Shown: positions 47,130 through 58,470 of the stretch, piece after piece
How positions within the stretch are numbered: position 1 is the stretch's first letter
Layout: every line of letters begins with the position of its first letter
Assembly (NCBI RefSeq): GCF_009834535.1
Contig: NC_045704.1
Location: 62,248,001-62,312,000, forward strand
DNA: 64,000 bases
Direction of reading: 5' to 3'
Source: Camelus ferus
Taxonomy: Eukaryota
Notes under the pieces: generated by a model
The model's database searches: none
Told to the model about the DNA's origin: nothing
The model's input: only the letters and a program-made list of their open reading frames with translations
Translations under genes and position numbers: made by a program

Positions 47130-47600
47130 CCAGCACAGGATGTGGTGATGACAGATGGAAAACACAACAGAGCTGACAGCTGAGCAGATCTGGAAGAAAG
47201 GAGAGGGAAATGGGATTCAAAGTTGTTGTGTTTTCACACTTGAGGCACCAAAACAATGATGGTGCCTTCCATGGAAACCAGGAACTCAGCAGAACAAGGA
47301 AAATACTGATGGGTCCAGTTTGGGCCAAACTGAGTTTGAGATGCTGGAGCGATGTCGAGCAGAAAGCTGCAGTCCAACACGCAGCTTGGCAGAGAGGTGA
47401 GACATGAGATATTAACTGATAGAAAGCTTACACACCAAAATGAGATGTGAAGACAGGAGGCTGGCGTTGCCACGCCAGTAACAGTAGACAAGGAGGGTCT
47501 CAAAGAGATGTTCTTCGGGAACCATCAACATTTAGAGGTCAAGCTGATGGGAAGTGATGTGAATAATAATGGAGGTGTGCCCAAGCGAGGCTGATTGATG
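47130..47600 (-). mobile_element. L2 fragment
   Basis: atgatggtgccttccatggaaacc...gggtccagtttgggccaaactgagtttgagatgc. Confidence 0.6.
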
Positions 47601-47830
47601 AAAATGCTGATGAACAAAAACAGATCAATCAAGGGCTACATAAAATGATTCTTTATAACAAGTTAATCCAAGGTGCTTAAATGTAACTTGACTCACAAGT
47701 CTATTTTCACCTACATTTGCAGGGACCCACCTCATTTTTTTCCACCTCAGCTATGCTCTTGCCTTTTTTTTTTTTTTTTTTTCCATTTTGGTAAAATATA
47801 CATAGCATAAAATTTACCATTTTAGCTATC

Positions 47831-47926
47831 TTTTTTTTTTTGATGGAGGTACTGGGGATTGAACCCAGTACCCAGTACCTCATGCACGCTAAGCATGTGC
47901 TCTACCACTGAGCTATACCCGCCCCC
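47831..47926 (-). mobile_element. Camelid tRNA-derived SINE (short form) inserted in an L1 3' end, with a 17-bp TSD
   Basis: Poly-T followed by the reverse-complement SINE body. Perfect TSD ccattttagctatcttt at 47817-47833 and 47925-47941. Confidence 0.9.
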
Positions 47927-48388
47927 ATTTTAGCTATCTTTAAATGTACAGCTCAGTGGCTTTAAATATTTCCACATTTTGGTGCAACTATCACCACTAT
48001 CCATCCACAGAACTTTTTTCATCTTTCAAAACTGAAACTCTATACCCATTATTCAGCAGCCTTCCCATCCCTGCCTCTCTCCCGCCTCCAGCGCCATAAT
48101 TCTGCTATCTTTACATAAATTTAACTACTCTAGGAACCTCGTAAGAGTAGAATCATATTATGTTTGTTCTTTCGTGTCTGTATTATTTCACGTAGTATAA
48201 TAGCCTCAGGGTTCATCCATGTTATAATACGTATCAGAATTTCCTTCCTTTTTATGGCTGAGTAATAGTTCATTGTATGCATGTACCACATTTTGTTTTC
48301 CATTCCCCCATCAATGGACATTTCACTTTTGGCTATTGTGAATAATGCTGCCATGAACATAGGTGTTCAAGTTTCTCTTCGTGTCTCT

Positions 48389-49295
48389 NNNNNNNNNNNN
48401 NNNNNNNNNNNNNNNNNNNNNNNNNNNNNNNNNNNNNNNNNNNNNNNNNNNNNNNNNNNNNNNNNNNNNNNNNNNNNNNNNNNNNNNNNNNNNNNNNNNN
48501 NNNNNNNNNNNNNNNNNNNNNNNNNNNNNNNNNNNNNNNNNNNNNNNNNNNAGTATTTGCTATTTTCTGTTTTTGATGGTAGGCATGAAGTGGTATCTCA
48601 TTGTGGTTTTGATCTGCATTTTCCTAATGATTAGTGATGTTGAGTATCTTTTCTTGTGCTTATTGGCCATCTGTATATCCCCACTTGGAAAAATGTCTTT
48701 GCTTATTTTTTACTTCATTTTGTTGTTGGTAAGTTTTAGGAGTTCTTTATATAGCCTAGATATTAATCCCTTATCAGATTTTTGATTTGTAGATGTTGTC
48801 TCTCATTCTGTGGGCTGCTCTCATTTTTACTNNNNNNNNNNNNNNNNNNNNNNNNNNNNNNNNNNNNNNNNNNNNNNNNNNNNNNNNNNNNNNNNNNNNN
48901 NNNNNNNNNNNNNNNNNNNNNNNNNNNNNNNNNNNNNNNNNNNNNNNNNNNNNNNNNNNNNNNNNNNNNNNNGTCGTCTTCTGGTAGTTTTATAGTTTTA
49001 GCTCTTAAATTTAAGTCTTTGATCCATTTTGAGTTAAATTTCATATAGGCTGTGAGGTAAGGGTCCAAATTCGTTCTTTTATCACATGGATATCCAGTTT
49101 NNNNNNNNNNNNNNNNNNNNNNNNNNNNNNNNNNNNNNNNNNNNNNNNNNNNNNNNNNNNNNNNNNNNNNNNNNNNNNNNNNNNNNNNNNNNNNNNNNNN
49201 NNNNNNNNNNNNNNNNNNNNNNNNNNNNNNNNNNNNNNNNNNNNNNNNNNNNNNNNNNNNNNNNNNNNNNNNNNNNNNNNNNNNNNNNNNNNNNN
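48389..49295. other. Assembly gaps: N-runs at 48389-48551 (163), 48832-48972 (141), 49101-49295 (195)
   Basis: Read directly; all three lie within the L1. Confidence 0.99.
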
Positions 49296-49814
49296 TGTGT
49301 AAATTCTCCAAATTTGTTCTTTTTCAAAATTGTTTTGGCTTTTCAGGGTCCCTTAAGATGCCATGTGAATTTCAGGGTGAATCTATTCTGCAGAAAAAAA
49401 AAAACCATTGGGACTTTGATAAGGATTGCATTGAATGTGTAGGTTGCTTTGGGTAGTATTGACAGGGATCCAACTCTTAAGAACACTGTAATCACCTGAA
49501 GTGCCATTTGCTGACATTCTGCCCACAAATGCATCCTCACCTTTGGGGTTCCTACTAATAAATACATATTGTGATCCTTGATGCAAGACCAAGTCAGGGA
49601 GGTCAAACAAGCTAACCAGACCTTTTATACTAAGCTCAACTCTTGCCATTTTCTGTAGAAGTCATCTCCCACCACTGCAAATGTTCTGGCCCAACTCCCA
49701 ACCTGTGGACCAAACTCAACCCTACAGCCCAACATCTATTTCCTGCCCTACTCAGTTCCAGAACACTCAAGAACTTCAGCTGGACTTATTTTCACAAATG
49801 CAGGCTCATCTTTT

Positions 49815-50240
49815 CCTGAATGCACATAGGTATTCAGTCAACAAACATGTGTTGAGTACCTAGTATATATCAGGTAACATGCTAGGACTAGAGGCATGCA
49901 AATTAATGATAACAATAATAACTAATAAACACTAAGCATTTCCTATATGCCAGGCACTGTTTAAGTTCTTTACATCCATTACATCATTTAATTCTCCCTC
50001 TAGCCCTAAGAGGTTAAAAACTTGTCCAAGGGTGACACAACTGAACCCAGATAACAAATCCCAGAGCTCACATGCTTAAACACAATGCAAAACTGCCTTC
50101 TAACAAAACATAGCTCTTCAAGGAGCTCACATTTCAGAGGAAACAGGTACATAAAGAGAAGACATTATTCTACGATGTGGTAAGGGCAAAGCTAGAGATA
50201 TACCAGAAATTTAAGGCATCCTAGAGAAGGATGGCCTAAC
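49815..50240 (-). mobile_element. L2 3' end with nested MIR (about 49905-50090)
   Basis: tattcagtcaacaaacatgtgttgagtacctagtatatatcagg, followed by the antisense MIR taagcatttcctatatgccaggcactgtttaag. Confidence 0.65.
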
Positions 50241-53200
50241 CCAGCCGTCAATGCATACCCCTTCATGGTGCTCCCCTAAATGTCCCTTCTGAGACCTCAG
50301 CCTCATCCCTTCCTGGAGAGAGGCCCACAATGGCCACTCTGTGAACCCTCAGTCATGCATATTAATTTAATCCCCTACATCTGTTACTCCTCCAGGGAAA
50401 ACTAAAGAGGTGTAGAGCCTGCCCATCAACCCAACCCCAGCCAGTCAGCCCACAGATGTGTTCCATGTTGGACAAGGCAGGAAAGAGTGAAGTTTCGCTG
50501 TAACTTAGCAGCTCTACTGGAAAGTGGTGTTGAGCTCAGTAAGGGGCTCATCACTCTACAGTGTAGAGCTCCAAACAAAGCCTATGCCATTAGACTGGAT
50601 GGAAAGGGAAATTGATGACGAGCTGCTGTGGGAGAGGACAGATGAATTCAGAGGGTTCAGAGGAATTGTGCGAACTCAGGAACTCACACAGGCAAGCTCA
50701 ACCTCCTGCCTCCCTGCTTCTCTTTCCTTTCAGAAACAGAGTGGTGAGCCTCCTCCTGCAGGGAACTCAGCTGAGGACGACTAACTTGCAGTAAATTAGT
50801 GCTGGGGGGAGGAGTGGGGAGATATGTGACTCTTTTCCCTCAGGTGACTCTTTTTCCTGCACAGATTGGGATGACACATCAGGGATTATCCAGCAAGACA
50901 CAGAGCACCAATGTGGGCAGGTGCCTCGGGCATTCTGAGACATGGAGCAATTCTTTTCTCTGTGGCTTCACCTCACAGTCTGTGCCTGAGTCAGGTTTGT
51001 GGGGATGCTTCAGGCTGGAGCAATAAGGAATGAAAACCCATGGCTAGAAATTCCAAGTGTTTTTGGAAATGTGAGTCCCTGAGTTGACAGAGGATTTGTT
51101 AATCAAGGTTGAAAGGGCCATGGCCCTTTATACCATGGTCTTTCATCTCCCAGGAGAAATTACTGACAATGACATAGTGTAGTTAAAATGGATTGTGAAA
51201 TCAAAGGGCCAGACAAGTGTCAGACACCGTCTTCCTTCAATTACCAGGAACTTTCTTTCCCAGATGATCCAAATATGCGTGATTTACTATGCAGAGAAGT
51301 TCTTCCTATACCACCTGGTCTTGAACCTGGAGCTGCCCTGATGCTCCCAGGGGCCCTCTCCCTGGTAATGAAGGAGGAGGGGTGGAACTGTACTCTCCAG
51401 TCTTTTCATCCCAGCAGCTGCCTGTTTCCTGCCAGATTTGCCATTTGAGGATGGATTCATCTTTTTGACCCCAATACATTTGGAAAATGCAAGAGCCTAG
51501 AGCCAGAAGATCTGAGTTAAGTCCTAGCTCTTCAAGCTCCCCCAGTCTACCCTGGGCACATCACTAACATTTCTGAGCCTCATTGCCCTCACCTGTAGGA
51601 CAGGTGTGTCAGTTGCTTTGATGGTGGTAATCAGGCTTCGCCTCGGAACTGCTCCCTGAGAGCACATTGCAGCCTAGCTGCCTGGACCACCTACTTTTTC
51701 CTAGAAGGCCTGTCACTTTCACAACTGGGTAACTTGAGAGCAAAGGGGATAAGCCAGCACGCAACTCTTAAGTCTGAAGAGGTGGGAGGGAGCAGGGAAG
51801 GTAAAGAATAAATCAAGTGGCTGTGTAATTAATTTAGAATAACTTAAGCACTGAACATTGAAAAGAAACAAAAGTGGTGACATTTAGTGAATGTGTCAGC
51901 CGATATCTCACTCATTCCAGCTGTCTTTTTAAATGTCACATTTCTCACAATCCCTTTCCTTTGCAGCTGGAAGGCTTGTGCTAACAACCGCCACCACCTC
52001 TGGTTGATGCCCGGTAGGTTAGCACGGGCACATAATTTCAGAAGCCGGAGGTCCTAGAGGCTGCAGGAACAAGAGACAATGCCACTCCCCCAGAGAGGGG
52101 GGCACTGCAGCTGCTTCTTGGGGGCACCCACTGACCCATTCTCCTGGCCCTTCAACCACCTCTGGCCAGCAAGTGCAAAAAACACACAAGGTATCCGCAC
52201 CAAGAGGAAGACAGTGTGTTTTCGTGTCCATCCCCCATTTGTGCCTCTTCAAACTTCTCAGAGCTCGAGAGTTTTCAAGAGAAAACCTTAGCTGAACTCC
52301 GGGGAGAGAGAAAGCCAAGAGCCGGTTGCACCAGAGAACTCCAGGCTCAGGAATTTCCATTCCGAGCTGATTGGCCCTTGGTTCAGTCCTCTATAAATAC
52401 CAGATACTGCTTCCGAGACAAACCAGGGGAACAAGCCAGCTGGATTTTCACTTTGGGGAGAAAACGTGAAGCCAGGCAGCACGGATCAGTTTTCATCCCC
52501 AACCCCAGCCCTACCCCCCAGCATGAGCTCCCCCACTTCCAGCCACAGCTGAGCGGCCAGTCTCTTCAACCTCACCGGGTGTCGAGGTACCAGGAGACAG
52601 AGCCACGCAAACCCAAGTGGAAAACTGGCTGGTGTTCAAACAACCTGGAAGTTTAAGTGGCCTAGGCAGACGGGAAAGTTCCAGCAACTCCAGCTCATTT
52701 AGCAGAGGGCATCTTCTGGCCAGTGAAGCAGAGAAGGGCCACGGTGTTCCAGGCTGCCTGGGGAGCCGGGCATGGGGAGCCAGCTCAGGACAAACAGTAG
52801 CTACTCAGCCTTGGCCAAGCCAAGCTGCACAGGGAGCCCACAGTGACCTGACAGGGGAGAGGCTACTTTTTCACTGCCCAGTCGTCACCTGCTCGTGCAG
52901 AGTCCATGCCAGCCGCTCAGGGAAGCCAAACACACAGGTGCTCCCCCGCCCAAGTGTACCCCCACTTAGAGCAGCGCCCAAGCACATGAGTGCTCGCCTC
53001 CACTGTCTCCTCACCAGCACGCAAAGCCAATGGCTTATTAAAGTAAGTGTTCCCACTCCATCTCTGTGGCTCCCGGATGGAGCGCCTCCTGCATGATCAG
53101 CCGTCCTTCCTTGAGGTCCTGTCCTTACCTGACTCTGGTTTCCCTCATGCGATCCCATTTTGCAGTCACCCCAACTCTTATATACACACCCCTAGAAGTG

Positions 53201-53747
53201 AGATGGCCCCCAGGCCCAGTGCTGGGTCTTCCCCCCAACTCTCCATGCCATGCCTGGACAATTTCACTCATCACCCCCATCCCCCACATAACCTACCACG
53301 CCTGTGCTGATGTTGATCCATGACCCAGCTTCCACGACCCTCCACGTACCAGGCCCAAACTGCCATCTGTCACAGATGAGGCCCTCAGACATCCTGCTGC
53401 AGACAAAACCCACTATTTCCCAAGCAGACTTCTCTCCAAGCCAACTCCCTCGGCTGTCTGTGAACCTCAGCATTGTCCCGTTAGTTTGATCCTCAACTCC
53501 CAACTCTCCCACCATCAGTGACCAGGCTTGGAGCCTTTTTCTTGTCTAGCTCTGTGCCCCCTGCCCACTGCCTTGTGTGTCCAGGTGCCCCATCGGGATG
53601 GGTCTGTGAGAAAGGAAGCACCTACAGCCAGAAGGGAGTGCACACATGAGCCAAGACCAGAGTCAAGTACCCAGATTCAGAACACAAATGTGTGGTTCAG
53701 GAAACAGTTTCTAGAAAACCAAGCATAATGGTAATGAGGATGGTCTC

Positions 53748-53932
53748 CAGCAGTGGCTGTCAAACTTTACTGTGCATTTGAGCCACCTGGACACCATGTT
53801 AAAACTGTCAGTCACTGCCACAGAGAGTCAGATGCACTAGACAGAGGGTGGGGCCTAGGAATCTGTATTTCAACAAACTAGCAGGTGATTCTGATGCCAG
53901 TGAAATCTAGGCCCGCGCATTGAGGACCATTT
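53748..53932. mobile_element. hAT-Charlie MITE (MER5A-like)
   Basis: cagtggctgtcaaactttactgtgcatttgagccacctgg...ggggcctaggaatctgtatttcaacaaactagcaggtgattctgatgc. Confidence 0.75.
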
Positions 53933-54699
53933 GGTCCCAGAATTAGAGATTGGCTTTACCTGGAGTGGAACAGCTGTTCCTAATCAAGAAGACCCTGACC
54001 CAGAGCCAGCTCACAGGGTGACTGTGCTCTGAATTCCTGAATTCCACATGTGAGGCCGTCACAGAGGGCTGCATTCGTGGACAGTCTTGGGGTGGGATTA
54101 TACCCCCCACCAGGTATCTGTCTGGCAGCCCCACAAGCAGCACACTGTTGACCTAAACATGAGGGGGTGTTAGCAGCAAAGGAGCCCAGTCTGGAAACTG
54201 CCTTGTACCCCAAAGGTCACCCCCCATCAATGATACTGCAGTTCAGTCCCAGCTACAGCAGGGCAAGCCATCTGCTTCCCATCCCCACACCCTTGTTCTG
54301 TCGCCACAGAGCAAAAGCAGAGGCAGACAGGTTGATCATGACAGAGAGCATCTGCTCTAAGCCGGGCTGACCGCAGGCTGGGCACAGGCAGGGCAAGAGG
54401 TGGTGGTGGAGTGCTGCCCAGAGCCCCTCCCCCCACCCCACTTCCTAACCCAATCTTTTCCTGCTTACAGCCAATAAGCACTGGCCAGGCTCCAAGGGAC
54501 AGATCCCAGAGAATTCTAGGAGGTGGACTCTGTGATCAAGGACTGATTGAAGCAGAAGGTAAGAGTCAGATGGAGGTCTGGGAGGGTGCCATTCCCACCC
54601 ACTGGCCCTATGAATTGAGTCTGAGGATGGGAGGTCAACTGAGCCTGTTTTTTTGCCCATGAGAAAGTGTCTTGAGATGCCTCCCAAGCTCCCAACCTC

Positions 54700-55765
54700 C
54701 TGTTGGGGACCCCCACGTAGATGACTGTAGGGACCTTGAATTCAGTGCATTTCTCTCGCTGCTGACTCTCCTCCCTCCCAGCCTCCAGTCCTCCTGTGTC
54801 CCGTCCCATGGTCAACACACCATCGATATTCTCATCCCAGGCCCCAGGGCTTCTGAATCACAGTCTCTCTATTCCTCCCTCTCCTGGGCCCCAATCACTC
54901 ACAAGTCCTGTCCATTGCACCTACAGTCTCACACTTGTCCCCACCTTTCAGAAACCACACTCCTACCTTAGCTCAGGCCCCCATCACTTCTGGCCCAGCT
55001 GACTGTGGGCATTTACTAAGGGGTCTGCTAATCTCTGCTTTTTGACCTCTCTACCCTCTTAATTCCCCACCTGGCACGCAGATTATCTAGAGATCCTCAA
55101 TATTTAAAAGCACTACTAGAAACTGTTCACTTACATCAATAAAGCCTCATGGATTATTAATAAATATAATACGTTAACTGGCAGAAATCAAACTGAGATC
55201 TATGGAGGTAATTAATGAAAGGGATTTCCTGGTGATGAAACGTTGTGGACCCAACCTGTCTTCACAGTCCCAGTTAGCCATCTCTCTGAAACAATGGTCT
55301 AATGTCACTTCTCTGGCCACCCTCCCCCATTCCTTCAGATTCCCTCGAGGGCATTCAAGTCCAGCGCCATGTTAGCCTCTCTCCACACAGGCTGCATTTC
55401 CCAAAAACCTATGCATTTCCACTTCTCCATGACTTTGCCAACACTGTTCCCTCATCCTGGACTGTTCTTACACTCCCCCTTTGCCTTGAAACCTTTCTTG
55501 TCCTTCATCTTGCTGCTCACATTTCCCTCCTTCATCTTCCCTGAGTTCTGCACCTCCCACATCAAGATTAACAGCTCCTTCTTTGTCCCTCTAAGTCCAA
55601 CGTTTATATCTCCTTCCTAGAACACACTTCATTCTGATGTACATCATAGTTACGATCTTCCCTGTCAGAGCAGAGGCTGCTTGAGCGCTGATGTCCCCAC
55701 TGCACTTTGCATAGTAGGTGCTTAATAATTGCTTGTTGGATAAGTTGGAATGTGAATGAATGAGA
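54700..55765 (+). mobile_element. L2 fragments
   Basis: cactcctaccttagctcaggcccccatcacttctggcccag and the 3' end gcatagtaggtgcttaataattgcttgttg...gaatgaatga. Confidence 0.65.
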
Positions 55766-55949
55766 TGACTTCTCCTCTAGACTAAGATTAACATCATCAC
55801 AATGACCCAGAATTATCCTACAACATCCAATAGAAATAGACCAGAAAGAATACATCTTTGGAAGGTTCTCTAAGTGTTTCTACTGCCCCTGTGGTCTAGA
55901 GTGGCCACTTAGGACCACACTGGCCACTATCTTCCAGTAATACTAGTAA

Positions 55950-56160
55950 AAGCAGCTATTATCTGTTAAATGATTATGCCGTGCCTGTCTCATGCCAGGT
56001 TCTTTACATGCATTACCCGGTCAATTCTGACATCAATCCAATGAGGTAGTTACTATTAGTATTATCTCATACAGATGAGGAAACAAGTAAAGAAGTCAAG
56101 CCACTTGCCCAAGGCCAAGGTGGGGAGCTGAGAATAAAACCTAGGTAAGTCCAACCCTAT
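55950..56160 (-). mobile_element. MIR SINE
   Basis: attatctcatacagatgaggaaacaagtaaagaagtcaagccacttgcccaaggcc. Confidence 0.75.
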
Positions 56161-58309
56161 CCTGTCGCTAGAGGGCTGGGCCCCCTCGTGCACCCTTGAG
56201 CCATCAGGGACAATAGCACAGTCAACAGATTTATCTCTTGCCAGGGAAGCTCTGAGCTCCACAAGGCAAATTGGACAAGCCACGAAGGGCAGCCCACTGG
56301 CTCTTTGCTCTGCCCAAAGTGCAGGTTTCTCCACAGGCCCCAAACACTGCACAGGAAGCATCTTCCTTTCTGCCCTAGAAACCTGGACCCAGGCCACTGA
56401 ATGTCACCAGACTGAAAGGGCTGCTTCTGCCCGACACCAGCCTTCCTTCCTCTGCAAAGTGGTGTCTGGGATCGATGCCTCTGATGATAGATGCTTTCAG
56501 TACTTTGGCCAGTCCCACCGAGAAGGTTTGAATACAAACTGGGCCAGCAGGAAAAGGTAATTAGGCAGCACTTTCCTGATGAGATGGGAGGATCAGCAGG
56601 TGTAAGATCAGGGATCTGAGTCCTGGTGTGCATTTAATTAAGCATCGCCTCTGTTCACACACTGGAGGGTCAAGCTTGAAAAAATCCCAACCAACCTCTT
56701 CTCATAATTCCGGGTTGGGGTAGAGGAAGGAGGGTGCCAAAAAACAAAAAACGAAAAAAACAAAACCAAAACACAAAACAGAGCAGCCAGAATCTCACAC
56801 CTTCTTTTACAAGCGCAGCCCTTGATTACGAAAAAAGAATAACCACAAGGGAACAGAGAGAACCCTGGGAGACAGGGCTCTGGACAACCCTGTGGCACAC
56901 AAAAGGGTTGTAGGAAGGCGAAGGAAGGCTTAAAATCAGGAAGGCAAGAGCTGCGAGTCATCCCATTTAAATCCTAACAAGGCCGGTATTCAGAGATAAC
57001 AAAGGCCACGGTGTTTAATTAAGGGTATAAATGGTAGAAATATGAGACAGGAGCTTTTACGAATTGTTAATGAGGTGGATGAGAAACCTCTAAAAATAAA
57101 CCAGGGCGAATTGTAAGGGTAATTAGGGGTGCGAAAATAAACAGAGAGTGTCAATTTGAGAGAAGTTCTCTGCAAACTCCTCCAACCTGTCCTCAGTAGG
57201 TAGGGCAGGCCCAAGAGAGAGACCCCGAGGGGTCAGGGCCAGCAGCAAGGGCCCAAGTGTCCTCTTAACCTGACTTGTTTCCCTGCCTAGACTTTTAAGA
57301 ATGATAATGAGCTCCCTCACCGCCCCGCTCCATCCTGCTCCAACCAGCCAGAGACACACACCCCCTCAACCGTGCCAGGCAGGTGATGCCTTACCTAACA
57401 GGGAGTCCTCAGAGGGACCTGAGCAAGTATTAGAGGATGAAAGACCTTAAGAGCTAAGTGCTACCTATCAATCTGGTTCCTGCCTTTGAGCTGAGAGCAA
57501 GGAATTCTGCCTACCTGCCCGGTACACTTGCTCAACACACAGACACACTTAGCAAGCAAAAGACTTCCAGTCAAGGCCAAGTGCGCGGCGCACAGGGGGG
57601 TAGGTGGTTGCTTACACCTGAGGTGGATTTGAGGCATCCTTGTCCGCTTCCGGCCCCCCACCTCCACATTATCTTTCTCCCGCTCCCCATCACTGCTTTA
57701 AACACCTCCACGTTCGGAAATGCTCTGTGGTCAAGTAGGTTTGGGAAATTCTTCCCGTAATATGCCCCTCGGGGAGATGCACATTAACACATTTAATGCT
57801 CTGAGAGAACCGTGGTCGAGAAATCTCTTCATGTTTATTTAACTCAGCATTTCCCAAACTAACCCTTTGTCCACAAAATACCATTTACCATCTCTCCCAC
57901 TACCCACCCCAACCAGTCAAATCTGGGGGCATTAAACAGTTCCAAGGGTCTGGGACTTGACCTTGGGAGGGATAACTGGAGCATGGCCCCTCCCTGCTCT
58001 GATGGGGCATCAGTGGTCTCCCCCAAAGGTCTGGAGTGGCTGGGCATGGGAACTAGGGAGTTGGAAACCTACAAAGGGAAACAAGGGGCTCCGGCGACAA
58101 ACTCCCTCACTCCATTTATTTTCTTGCCAACTTCTCTGCAAATACCAGGCAATGCCAGTCCTTAGAGTTACAAAGCACTACCCACCTCAAGAGGAGAACT
58201 GTTCCCCCAGATTGCAATCCAGAGCAAATAGTTTGGCCCTGTGAATCCCTATCTGTCCCCAGTGGGAGATTAAAAATGCATCAGTCAAAAGACAGGGCAC
58301 ATCACTGTA

Positions 58310-58470
58310 ATTGCTAGAGGCTGTGTGACCTGGGCAAAGTGATTCAACCCTCATTATCACCCATCCTTATTTGTAAAAGTAGGTTAATAATAATAGCTCC
58401 CTCACAGAGTTGATTAGAAGGGGAACTAAAATATACATAAGCACTTAGTATCTTTCAAAACATGTAAAGT
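58310..58470 (+). mobile_element. MIR SINE
   Basis: gctgtgtgacctgggcaaagtgattcaaccc...ttatttgtaaaagtaggttaataataatagctccctcacagag. Confidence 0.75.

Larger units (their letters stand above)
47764..49463 (-). mobile_element. 5'-truncated L1 (older L1MA/MB-like) with ORF2 C-terminal remnants, interrupted by a SINE and three N-gaps
   Basis: Poly-T at 47764, L1 3'-end motif ggtaaaatatacatagcataaaatttaccat. Minus-strand ORF remnants MFMAALFTIAK...NKMWYMHTMNYYSAIKR and NLDPYLTAYMKFNSKWIKDLNLRAKTIKL are L1 ORF2-like. Confidence 0.9.

Noticed and set aside
48281-49442. ORFs containing X runs
   Set aside because: Artefacts of N-gaps within a degenerate L1.
47749-49647. Possible L1 TSD agctatgctcttgcc (47749-47763) / agctcaactcttgcc (49633-49647)
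   Set aside because: Only 12/15 identical, and the right copy is about 170 bp beyond the recognisable L1 end; likely chance.
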